DNA from: Geosiphon pyriformis uo1
Lineage: Eukaryota; Fungi; Glomeromycota
Assembly (NCBI GenBank): GCA_016748015.1
Contig: JAAOMT010000302.1
Coordinates: 372,001 to 436,000, forward strand
Reading direction: 5' to 3'
DNA: 64,000 nucleotides
In this document: positions 53,209 through 64,000 of the stretch, piece after piece
Numbering within the stretch: the first letter of the stretch is position 1
Layout of the letters: each line of letters starts with the position of its first letter
Notes under the pieces: generated by a model
Told to the model about the DNA's origin: nothing
Database searches by the model: none
Seen by the model: the letters and a program-made list of their open reading frames with translations, nothing else
Program-made: the position numbers and the translations under genes

Positions 53209-54182
53209 TGTTACCAGAGGTTTTTGGTCTCTTTTCTTGAATGTTGTAACTGTCTGTTGGTTGCAAATTCACGTTTTCTAGAAGTAGTTGAACCTCCAAT
53301 AACTGAATTTATCTTCAAATTATCTCCTATAATTTGAACTGCTGGGCTTATAAGTGGAATGGCCAATTCCGTGCCAGTTACTTTGTATAGTTACGTTGTA
53401 GTAAATGTCAACTCTTTCCCAGAAATTGCTCATCTGGAAGCTCACTAAAAATGTGTAGTTACTTTGCTGTGAAAGTCAACTCTTCTACAGGAATCTCGTC
53501 TGTAGGCTACTCTAATGATTGTAATAAGAAAAGAAAAGAAAAATAAAAGAAATGTAAAAGAAATAGAATTTTATCAAGGGAAACGTTTTTCTATTCAGGC
53601 CTGAAGTCACTAACAGTTTACTGAAATTGGTAGCTAATCAATTTTAAAACGTTAGTTGGGTTTTGAGGATTTTCCAAGTGTAATAATTAAAAAATTTGGT
53701 TTTTTCGAATTATTTGATTTTTATTTCTTTTTGTGTATGTAGGAATGGTTCTAAGTGATAAATCTAAAGTAAGATACATTTTCTTGAAGAGAAAAGCTCT
53801 TCTTTTATACAACTTGTTGTAGTACTAGTCTATGAACTTGCACTTTTTCTTTTTGCTCAAATTTCGGCAAACTAGAGATACATTTTGATGAACTACAAGT
53901 TATTTCGCTGAACTATTGATTAATTTGGGTGAACTATTCATAATTTCGGCGAATTTCTTATAAATTTCGGCGAATTTTTGAATGTTACAAAGTTCAGAGT
54001 ATTGTGTAATTTGATCATCCTACTTTCTGTTATACTAATTAGATTATTTTAATTGAATTGTGATATGTGATAATTGATTAAATAATAAATAATAATTTGA
54101 AATGATATTAATATACTAATTAATTATAGGAATTATAAGGGTAATTTCATGCTAATTAATAGCTAAAATTCTACTGGTAGCA
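53209..54182 (-). mobile_element. Solo LTR (family B), young, CpG-retaining
   Basis: TGTTACCAG...CTGGTAGCA termini; TSD ATGG/GTGG; LINE resumes; rc TATAAAAG at ~53802-53809. Confidence 0.92.
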
Positions 54183-54651
54183 GTGGCCTTGATAGTTTTG
54201 TTTGCTAATTTTAAGGGCCAAATATTATTCTCTTTTTTGCAGTTCAGAAAAAACAAAATTAAAAAATTTTTAATTTTATTCTTGATAAACTTTTTGATCA
54301 TTAATTTTTGGATCTGTAAGTTTTAGGCTGGGCTCCAGCTAATCTTTTGTAGTATTCAGTTAAATTAAGAGTTAATTCTATGAACAATTTTTTTACTAAA
54401 GTAGTAAAAGTATTTTTGGGCAATAAGATTTCTTTAATAAACAGTCTACCATAGGTTTTGTGCAATCTGAACAAGTTTTTAATATCTAATATTTTGAAAA
54501 AGACAGTTTACTATAGGACAGTAATTTTTTTGAAACATTATAATGTCATTTTTAGTGACAGACTATTGGATAAACATGTTTTGGCCAACTTTTTGTCATT
54601 AGAAGAAACTGGATTTGAGAAGTTTTGTTCTATTTTGGTTTATCATTGCAT

Positions 54652-55638
54652 TATTATCAGTGGTTTTTGGTCTTTTTTTTTTGAATATTGTTAATGTTTA
54701 TTTGTTGTAAATTTATGTTTTCTAAAAGTAAATAAACTTTTAATAACTAAATTTATCTTTAAATTATCTTCTATAATTTGAACTGCTGGACTTACAAGTA
54801 AAATAGGCAATTCCATACCAGTTACTATATACTGTATAATTACTTTATAATAAAAGTTAACTCTTTCTTAGAAATTGTTTTTCTGAAAGTTTACTAAAAT
54901 ATGTAGTTACTTTGCTGTAAATGTCAACTTTTTTACAGAAATCTTGTTTGTAGGCTGTTTTAATAATTATAATAAGATAAAAAAAAGAAAATAAAAGAAA
55001 TATAAAAGAAATAGAATTTTGTTAAAGGAATTGTTTTTTATTCAGATCTAAAGTTACTAACAGATTATTGAAATTGGTAGCTAATCAATTTTAAAACATT
55101 AGTTGAGTTTTAGAAATTTTAAGTATAATAATTAAAAATTTTTGGGTTTTTAAATATTTTGATTTTTTTATTATTTAATTTGTAAAAGTATGTAAAGAAT
55201 AATTGATTTTAACTAAAATATCTAAAATAAGATCTATTTTCTCAAAGAAAAAAGCTTTTTTTTTATATAACTTGTTATAATACTAGTCTTTGAACTTGAA
55301 TTTTTCTTCTTTGCTATAATTTTAATGAATTAAAAATATATTTTAATAAACTACAAATTATTTTAATGAATTATTAACTATTTTAGTAAATTATTTATTA
55401 TTTTGACAAATTTCTATAAATTTCAGTGAATTTTTGAATGTTATATAGTTCGGAGTATTGTGTAATTTAATCATTTAATTTCTATTATATAAATCAGATT
55501 ATTAATTAAATAGTAATATTTGATAATTTAATTAAATAATAAGCAATAATTTGAAATAATATTAATATATGCTAATTAATAATAGAAATTATAAGAGTAA
55601 TTTTATGCTAGTTAATAGCTAAAATTTTACTGGTAACA
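54652..55638 (-). mobile_element. Solo LTR (family B), old, heavily C->T/G->A decayed
   Basis: TATTATCAG...CTGGTAACA termini; TSD GCAT/GTAT; direct repeat of 53209-54182. Confidence 0.92.
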
Positions 55639-58062
55639 GTATTTAGTTTTTTGAATAAAGTGAACTCTGTTATTAGGAATAATAGAAACACTATAAGTAC
55701 AGCATCTTATAATATATTGGATTCAAATAAGTTTGGGTTAATCATAAATTATTTGTATAATGTCTGGGCTAATGTTTTTAAAGTTTATATTGATGGTTCA
55801 CTTAAGAGTTTGGGCATGTCAAGTGTGACTGATAAGACAACTGCTTATTTCTTAAATGTGGATGTGGATATTGGAATTGAAATTTCTGATATGTTGTCTT
55901 CTATAATAACTGAGATCTATGCTGTTGCTTTGGTCTTAATATGTATGTTTTTTTGTAGTATAATACTTTTGAATTTGGAGAGTCAAGTGGCTATTGATAC
56001 ATACAAGTTGAAACTTGGTTTATCTAAACCAGATTTTCATAACTAATGTTGAGTAAAATAGTGTTTAATTAGCAATTTAATAAGAAACAAGGACTTGAAG
56101 ATAATCTGGTCAAAGATTAAAGGGCATTTTAGTAATTTTGACAATAATTGTATTAACAAATTAGTTGGTATAACTACATATTTTTCTGTATTCCTTCTAA
56201 TTGGCATTTTTGAATGATATTTGATAGCAAATAGTTTGGCAATCTCTGATAATGCTTGTTATTTTATTCAAAATATTTATAAAGCAGTAGCTAATATGCA
56301 TTAAAAAGTGAGTTTTAGTGCCAAAATTATTGTTAATTTGTTTATTTATAATGTTAATTGGGTTTGCATAGCTGAAATTTGACATCTTAATTCATACATG
56401 CTTGCTGATATGATTAATATATCTATTACAAATTTAAGGACTTATATAATAAAAGCTGTTTACAGAAAGTTTTTTGTTGTTATATATAAGAAACTATATT
56501 ATAAATCTTATTTGGAAGTTTGTATTTGTTTTGTGAAAAGATAAAAACTTCAAACTATTTATTTATGTATTCAAATAATGCAGACTAGTGCAGAGATTTG
56601 GTTTTTGATTACATTAAATTTTGGTTATTATTGGTTAATGATAGAGCATTCACATATTTTCTAATTGTACAGTTTTTGTTTTTTTGTCTGTTTAATATTA
56701 AGTTATATATGATTCTATACAAAAAGTTTGTTTTTAAAGACTGAGTTAAAAATGTTTTGAGGTTGTATAATAATAGAAAAGAGACTGTTTCTGTTTTGGT
56801 AAATTTTTCTTATTAACTGGTTGATTTTTATCACTATAAGATATGGTGTGTTAGAGTAAAATATAGATTAGAATTAGAAAAAGCTGAGTTAATAAGTGAT
56901 AATAGTATAATTTCTATGTTGGCTGGTAAATTAAGTATAAGTTTATTAGATAATATGATTTATATGCTTGGTATAATCAAGTTTTTGGCAGTAAGTTTTA
57001 GAAAATATATGTCTTGTGCTTTTTTTTCTGGGATTAATAATAATTTAGTAGTTTATACAGATATATAATATTGCTTAAATTGGTTCAAATAGCTGGTTAC
57101 ATATAGTAAGCATATAAGTTACATATAATTAAGATTATTTTGATTAATTTTGTATACTAAATAATAATTGGATTGTACTTGTTAAATAATAATAATAATA
57201 ATAATAATAAAATATGTATTTTATATTTATAATAAATTAAATTAAATTAAATTATAAAAAGATTATATATTTTTAAAGCTTTTAAAAAATATTATTAACT
57301 TATAAATTTATAATTTTATTTTATATTTTACATTAATTATTAATTATTAATTATTTTTATTTTTATTTTATTAATAATTTAATTAATATTAAAAATTTTA
57401 AATATAATTATTACTTAAAATATATAATTTTTTTTTCAAAAAATTTATTTAACTAATAATTTAAAAGTTTTAATATTTAAAATAAATATTTTTGTTTAAA
57501 TTATAATTAATAAAAACTGAAATAACTTTTTTATTATATTATAAATTAATTATTTTAAAGTTATTTAACTATTAAATTTACTTAAAAATTTTTGAAATCA
57601 AAAAATATTTTTTAAAATTGTATCTATTTATAATTAATTTATAAAATTGGTTTTTATTTATTTATTTATAGTTTAGTTTTAATACGATTGTAATTAAAAT
57701 AAGTATTAATATTTTTTTTGAATTATTCAGGTAAACTTTTCAAAAAAAAATCAAAGAATAATATTATAAAATTTAAAATATATCAAAATTTATTTATTAA
57801 ATTGAATTAAAAAATAGAAATTTATTTAATTTGAAAATTTACTTGTAATATTAATTAAATTTTTCATAAATAATTCTAAAATCAAAAATTTAATAATAAA
57901 ATGTATTAATAAATATTAAAAAAATTGAATAAAATTATATAGATAAATTTAAATCTTGAAAAATTTATTTGTATTTTTAATTATATTCAAACATTTAAAA
58001 ATTTCATAACTTCTTTAATCCAGGTTTTGAAAAAATGACAATTTAAGAGCGCATGACAATAG

Positions 58063-58451
58063 TTAATAAGACATTCCATGTCCATTATGGTTAAGATGAT
58101 GACTGTATTAAAAAAAACAAAATAAATTAGAAAACTGGAACTGAAACCACCTTTAACACATTCCTTCTTTTTTACAGATTTTCATTAATAAGTCGTTTAA
58201 CATATATATGTATATTAGTTAAATTGTATGTCCTATTATTAAAGAGACTCATCACATTAAGACAAGATTAGAAACTTTCAAGTTTCAAATTATAGGATCT
58301 TTTTGTTTTAAAGCTTAACTATTAACCCATTGAACCACGACATGAATGTTTCCGGATCACTATTGTGATAAATAATAAACATAAATTTTCACAATTTCCG
58401 AACAGAGTACAAAGAAATAAGAAATAATGAAGGAGAAGCGGGTGTTGCCAT
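58063..58451 (-). CDS. Candidate 37-aa His-rich micropeptide (3 exons)
   Basis: TATAAA at 58535-58530, ACCATGG start context, exons 58451-58411, 58359-58327, 58102-58063 joined by phase-consistent GT-AG introns: MATPASPSLFLISFDPETFMSWFNGHHLNHNGHGMSY*. Confidence 0.45.
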
Positions 58452-59400
58452 GGTGATTAAGGTTTTCTCTGCAGTTGTTTTTTGTAATCTTTTTTTATTT
58501 ATTTATTTAAAAAGGCGGCTTTGTAACCATTTATATTGAAAAGAATAGGATCAAAGAATAGTACAATTGGCATGATTAATTTGAGTCAAAATTGAATATT
58601 TAAAGTTTAATTTTTAACTTTACTTGTATAATCAATGGGTGTGATCAATAGGTATGTATAAATACTCTTTAAAATTGATCTTCTTGTAACATTATCAAAC
58701 TCAAACTCTAACTTATTATCTGGTTTCGACCAGTATTGTACTCATTTTGTCAGGGTAACCTGTTTTTTTTCTCAAGTTTTTAAAGTTTAAAGTTTTTCCT
58801 TTTTTGTTTGTGATATTGGGGAGTTCTTTTCATACATATCACATTAATAGTAAAAGATTTAACGATTGGAAAAGTTTTTCCAGATTTAAGTTCTCATACT
58901 AAGGATAAATCTCAATAAGGCTCGATGTCATGAAAATTTTAAAAAAATTTCTAGCCTGAAGTTGAAAAATTGCTTGCGCCTTAGCTTGCATATCTTTATT
59001 AATTATTTCGGACGTTGTGCATAGTTAAATGCAAGGTCTGATTGAATCGGTGGAAAAAATTTCCAAATTTTCCTCATGGCATCATCTATATAGTCTTCAA
59101 GCCATTTAATTTATAGTATGATAATAAGATGTTAGCCAATAACAATAAGAATCCTCATATTACGATTAATGATTTCCATGTGAGAATACAATGCAATATA
59201 CTTTGAACCGATTTCTAATAGCAATTGGTCATAACAGCGAATCAGAATTATAATGCACACCATTAAACCTTCCGAATGGTCTTAAAAATAATCTTTTCTT
59301 CGACATTATTGCCATCCGAATGTCGCGATTTGACATTTGATAATTCATTTTAACATTGTTACTCTCAAACATGTGTCTAAAAATAATTTCTTTAATACAC

Positions 59401-59425
59401 AATCAATCAATCAATCAATCAATCA
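59401..59425. repeat. (ATCA)n microsatellite
   Basis: Direct reading. Confidence 0.85.
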
Positions 59426-59760
59426 TCAAAGAAGAAAGAAATCAAAGAGTTACACAGTGTAGAATTCGAAGAAATTTAAGAAAAACCCGGATTCAGATTG
59501 GAATGGCAAAAAACCGCGTGAAAATGATGAACAATATTTAAATATAAGAATCTTGTGGAAAAAATGTGCTTATTTATTCAATTCATGGACCAATAATGCA
59601 ATCTTGAAGCGCAAATTTAACTGTTCTTTGAGAGTTTGCTATCATTACATACTTATTTACCAAATACCCCCATTGACGACTAAGAATTAATCATTGTATC
59701 GTGTGAGTCCCTAGCGTAAACCAATGTGATATAATATCAAAAACTTGAATTAGTTTATTT

Positions 59761-59772
59761 AACAACAACAAC

Positions 59773-59862
<90 letters not shown>

Positions 59863-59882
59863 TATAATTTATAATAATAATT

Positions 59883-59921
<39 letters not shown>

Positions 59922-59922
59922 T

Positions 59923-59956
<34 letters not shown>

Positions 59957-59970
59957 GATAATGATAATAA
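59761..59970. repeat. (AAC)4(AAT)n microsatellite, ~200 bp, interrupted
   Basis: Direct reading. Confidence 0.97.
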
Positions 59971-60345
59971 TTTATTATTGCCGAAACCACAAAATTATCC
60001 CGCTCATACGTTTTGGTAATTAGTAATTGACTAGATTTTTCACCAAAAATGATATCTGAGAAAGAAATTCAATAAACAGATAACAATTGATTGATCGCGT
60101 GTTGGAGAAAAATATCGCGGTCAAATGATAACGGACAATTGTTGTCTATTTCGAATTAGCGTGAACAAGTTTTTTTTTTTTAAGGCTTGATTTATATGAA
60201 AATATTTCCCCGAGATATACAATCCTAAATATTTTAGAGTAAACGACTTTTGAAGTGAGATATTAACGCCGTTTTTAACTAGTATAATTATCTTTCATGA
60301 ATCGATTTATTTGGATTAAATGATCGCTTTAAAAAATAGTGCTCC

Positions 60346-60359
60346 TCATCATTATCATT

Positions 60360-60391
<32 letters not shown>

Positions 60392-60413
60392 TATCATTAT
60401 CATTACCATTATC
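60346..60413. repeat. (CAT/TAT)n microsatellite
   Basis: Direct reading. Confidence 0.95.
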
Positions 60414-61717
60414 AATTAAAACATCCCAAAATAGGAATCTTTTATTAAAATCATGATCTTTTTATTTGAAATTTGGAAAATATTTTGATTTATTTATATG
60501 TCGTTTAACTATTTTAATATTTTTAAGATTATTACAATCAAACTATTTATGAAAAACATGCTAAAAAAATTCTTAATTTATCATTCATCATTTATGGCCT
60601 TTTAACCAGTTATCAAAGCTTACCATTTTTGGGGATTCGAAAACAAAACTTTAAAACAACAAGATTTCTCCTCCCATTTACACTATTTAAAAATGTTTGT
60701 GTAATATAACCCATTTTTTTCAAATGATGATGCTTAAAAAAGAGGGTGAGATGATCTTAGAGGGGTTTTAATTCCTCACCTTTATTTTTATCATATTACT
60801 TAAAAAAGTCTTAAATGAACACTGATTACTCCGTGTCTGAGGAAAGTGCCACACGCTTTTGAATATTAGGAAGCTTTTTGCCTCTATCATGCGATTCTTT
60901 TTACACGTGAAAAAACCTTTTAAGAATCATTATCGTCAAACTCATGTGACCTCTTAATGTAATTGTTTATAATGATAACTAGCCTTTTTTCCAAAAAAAA
61001 AAAAACGTGGTTGAAATATTATGGGGCTTAATTATGTAGTTTCATTTTTTTGTTAAAGATTCGCAAAACAAAAATTATAAAAATAATTGTTTGTAATAAT
61101 TATTATTGCTGGCAATTTTATTAAAGAATCCAAGCAAAGATAAAACAATTAAAAAACATTGAATTAACATTTCAATAAATAAAATAAAATAAAATAAATT
61201 TTGTTGTTTATTCTTTAAAATTAATTAAATCTTGACATGAAAATAATTTCTTATTTTTCAAAATTTTGATTAAATTATGTGGTGTGTACAAAAAGCTTAT
61301 TTCCAGTTATTTTTATATGCATTATATAAAATTAATTAATTTTGATGAAAAATCAAAAATCATAACACAATATATAATATCATAATACTTTTGTGTCAAA
61401 ATTACTTTTTATATCATATCATTAACAAATTATTATTATTATTATTAAATTTATTTCTTAATTGTGCATAATATGTGATTTATAATTTAAATAGTTAAAT
61501 TGTTATGAAACAAAAATGAATTTAAGATTTTATTGCATTTTTTATTAAGCATCATTAATAATTATATAATAATAATAATAATAATAAATTTTTAAAGTTA
61601 AAAAATTTCTATAATTTTACTGATCTGTGTTAAACTTTATCATCTTTTTGGAACTTCATAATTTTACATTTAAAATAATAGAAGTTAAAAAAAAAATGCA
61701 ACTCAGACTAAAAAAGA

Positions 61718-61720
61718 ATC

Positions 61721-61751
<31 letters not shown>
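61718..61751. repeat. (ATCA)n microsatellite
   Basis: Direct reading. Confidence 0.9.
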
Positions 61752-61752
<1 letters not shown>

Positions 61753-63459
61753 TTAACTATTTGGTTTCTCTATGAGAATAAGAATAATTTGTCAAAAAAA
61801 AATTTAATCTTTATTCTGGGCTTTTTCGAGAAAAAAAAATTCATCCAGGATTTTGTCAAAACTTCATTATGTTTTCCTATCATTATCAGAAATACAATCA
61901 GAAAAAAACGAAAATTTTTTAAAGTTCATGATAGAGCATGATGATACATTATCTGAATTCCAACCCAAACTCAAAAATTCAGTTTCCCTCAAATTATATT
62001 GTTTACATAAATACATACATATATACATAGATACAACTTTGTACTCCCATCTCCGCCTCTTCTTTTCACTTTTTCCTTTCCCCCTCATTTATCATATACT
62101 TTCTTTCCCCCATATTCTTTTTTTATTTTATTTTTTACCTCGATACGCTTATTATGGGATGATGCCGAAATTTTGAATTTGAAGATCAAATAAAGACATT
62201 TTTGGCTGGTTGTGAATATTTTCCATTTAGCGATTAATTTCGGAAAAAAAGTTTCTTTCTTGTTTATATTTGATCAATGCCATCCGCATGAATCAAGGCA
62301 ATACAAATGGTCCACTGCTAACTTATTTTAAATAAAATATCACTTTGGTTTTAATCGCTAAATCCTGGGTAATGAATCAGTTGGCTAAATAGAGAGATCA
62401 CAATCCTGAAGAGTTAAAAAAGTTAAAAAACCTTCACTCTACTCTTTCATCAATGTTATTATGTCACCGTTTTTTAACAACATCCTCATGTTATTTATAG
62501 ATTCTAAAAAAGAAAATTATAATAGCCTGTTGGTCATTCAATCAACAAACATCCGGCCCTTATACGAACAAATTCGGCCAATGATTAAAAACTTCCCGAT
62601 GTCAAATTCACGGTAACACGGACCTTGTTACATATGTGGCATATCAATCACCACTTTTTTTTTAAAATACAGATTTTTAACTCAAAAAAACCTTTTGAAA
62701 TAGCCAGGGCCTATTTCAGGAATTCCACCTCCCTGTTTTTTAACCTGTCTTTTTATTAGGTTTTAGTATAAACTTTCCTCCCGATAAAAAGATGTCAAAA
62801 GATGTCGGTTCGTACTATATTCATGATGAAATATGATGAGTCTCGAAGTCAGTAACCCGAGCTCTATTACTCACGTGATAAATAATTCAGGAAATCTATT
62901 CATAATATCGGGTCTCGATTAAGCAGGAGAATCAAGTAACTTTCATGAAATTATTTGCTTCACCGAAATTAAATAATTCCCCGGTCAATCATTTTACTTC
63001 TACCGCAATGTCTCGAGTTTTTTTTCCGAACTCAAATAGGTCCACTCGATCCCAACGGTCAGCTTTGTACCACTCTTTGCAAATAATCACCCCTGATACA
63101 CAAAAAGTACAACGGATTCATAATCATCACATTTAATATTCAGTTTATGATCTCATTAACTTATTTTAAAGATAAAGTTTGTATACCTTGTAACCCGGAC
63201 GATAATAATTTGGGCTAAGAATCATTATTAAAATGACTTCAAGATCTCGTACCTTAAAAATTTTTAACTCTGTTTCGTATACGCCACTATAAATATTTAC
63301 GCATCAAATATAAAGCATTATTATACCTCTTATTTAGTAAATTGGTCACAAAAGCTTAAAATTATTTTTGAAAAAGAAAAAGGGTAAATAAATGTTTGTT
63401 TCATTCTATTTTTCTTTTATTCTAATTTCCCACTATATTTAGTTCCCATTTTTCCCATA

Positions 63460-63551
63460 ATATAAATAAAATATGATATAATATAGAATAATATAATAAA
63501 ATATGATATAATAAAATAAAATATAATGTAATATAAAATAACATAAAAATA

Positions 63552-63596
<45 letters not shown>

Positions 63597-63600
63597 TAAA
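63460..63600. repeat. AT-rich pentamer-like repeat followed by (TAA)n
   Basis: Direct reading; source of the poly-Ile/poly-Leu ORFs in the track. Confidence 0.85.
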
Positions 63601-63699
63601 TAGGGAATCCCCTTACAAAGTCCCACATATTCTGTGAACGACCAGACCCCAAATTTTCTCATTGCCAGAACAGATAGAAAGGAGTTTTTATTAATTATA

Positions 63700-64000
63700 G
63701 TGATTAAACTCTGTGTGCTTGTGTTGTGTGTCCTGTGTTCTTTTCTTTGCGTTCGATTTTTTCCCACACCCTTTTCTCACTTTCACCTTTTTCTCATCTC
63801 TCTCTCTCTCCTCTCCCATCCATTTGGTGTTCTGTTTTCGATTCTTCTGGTCATTGACTGATCATAAGAGAGTTTTTTTTTTCCAATTATATTACTACTA
63901 AAAATACATTAACACTTAGACAAAAACAACTCACCACAATACGAGAGATATAAAACTTTTTTAGACGAAACTTGGTGAACTTTTTTTTTCAAGTTTTCAA
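63700..64000 (+). promoter_or_regulatory. Probable core promoter/5' UTR of a gene beyond the window
   Basis: GT-rich then CT-rich pyrimidine tract followed by an A/C-rich leader, typical of fungal TSS regions; no CDS visible. Confidence 0.35.

Larger units (their letters stand above)
48330..57210 (+). mobile_element. Full-length degenerate LINE interrupted by two solo LTRs
   Basis: Colinear with rc of 26945-33840: ORF1 from ~48454, ORF2 from ~50402 (KFATCN; VYIDGSLK RNase H), 3' UTR and (TAA)n tail ~57185-57210. Confidence 0.93.

Noticed and set aside
53209-55638. TRIM or mini LTR element (two LTRs with a 470-bp interior)
   Set aside because: The interior is contiguous LINE ORF2, each LTR has its own TSD, their ages differ greatly, and there is no PBS/PPT.
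59761-59970. (TAA)n as a LINE tail or telomeric repeat
   Set aside because: No LINE 3' UTR upstream and not a TTAGGG-type repeat.
63417-63901. Poly-Ile/poly-Leu and Cys/Phe-rich ORFs
   Set aside because: Translations of microsatellite and pyrimidine tracts.

Overview
AT-rich, intron-containing fungal genomic DNA. Gene and transposon style suggest Glomeromycotina, possibly Geosiphon-like; this is recollection/inference, not a database result. About 1-34 kb and 46.6-58 kb are nested, decayed retrotransposons. These include three copies of a Ty3/Gypsy family with a dUTPase between protease and RT plus an extra ORF after integrase, four copies or fragments of an APE-RT-RNaseH LINE with (TAA)n tails, and six solo LTRs from three families with 4-bp TSDs. 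The repeats show strongly directional C->T/G->A decay in CpG and non-CpG contexts (RIP-like). A compact CpG-retaining gene island at 34.4-46.2 kb holds a USP30/Ubp16-like DUB, UBP2, TMA16, ISA1 and a GH31 alpha-glucosidase. 58-64 kb is unique, mostly non-coding DNA with microsatellites and a candidate unannotated 3-exon His-rich micropeptide gene (58451-58063, minus). All coordinates were read by eye; boundaries inside degenerate repeats are approximate.
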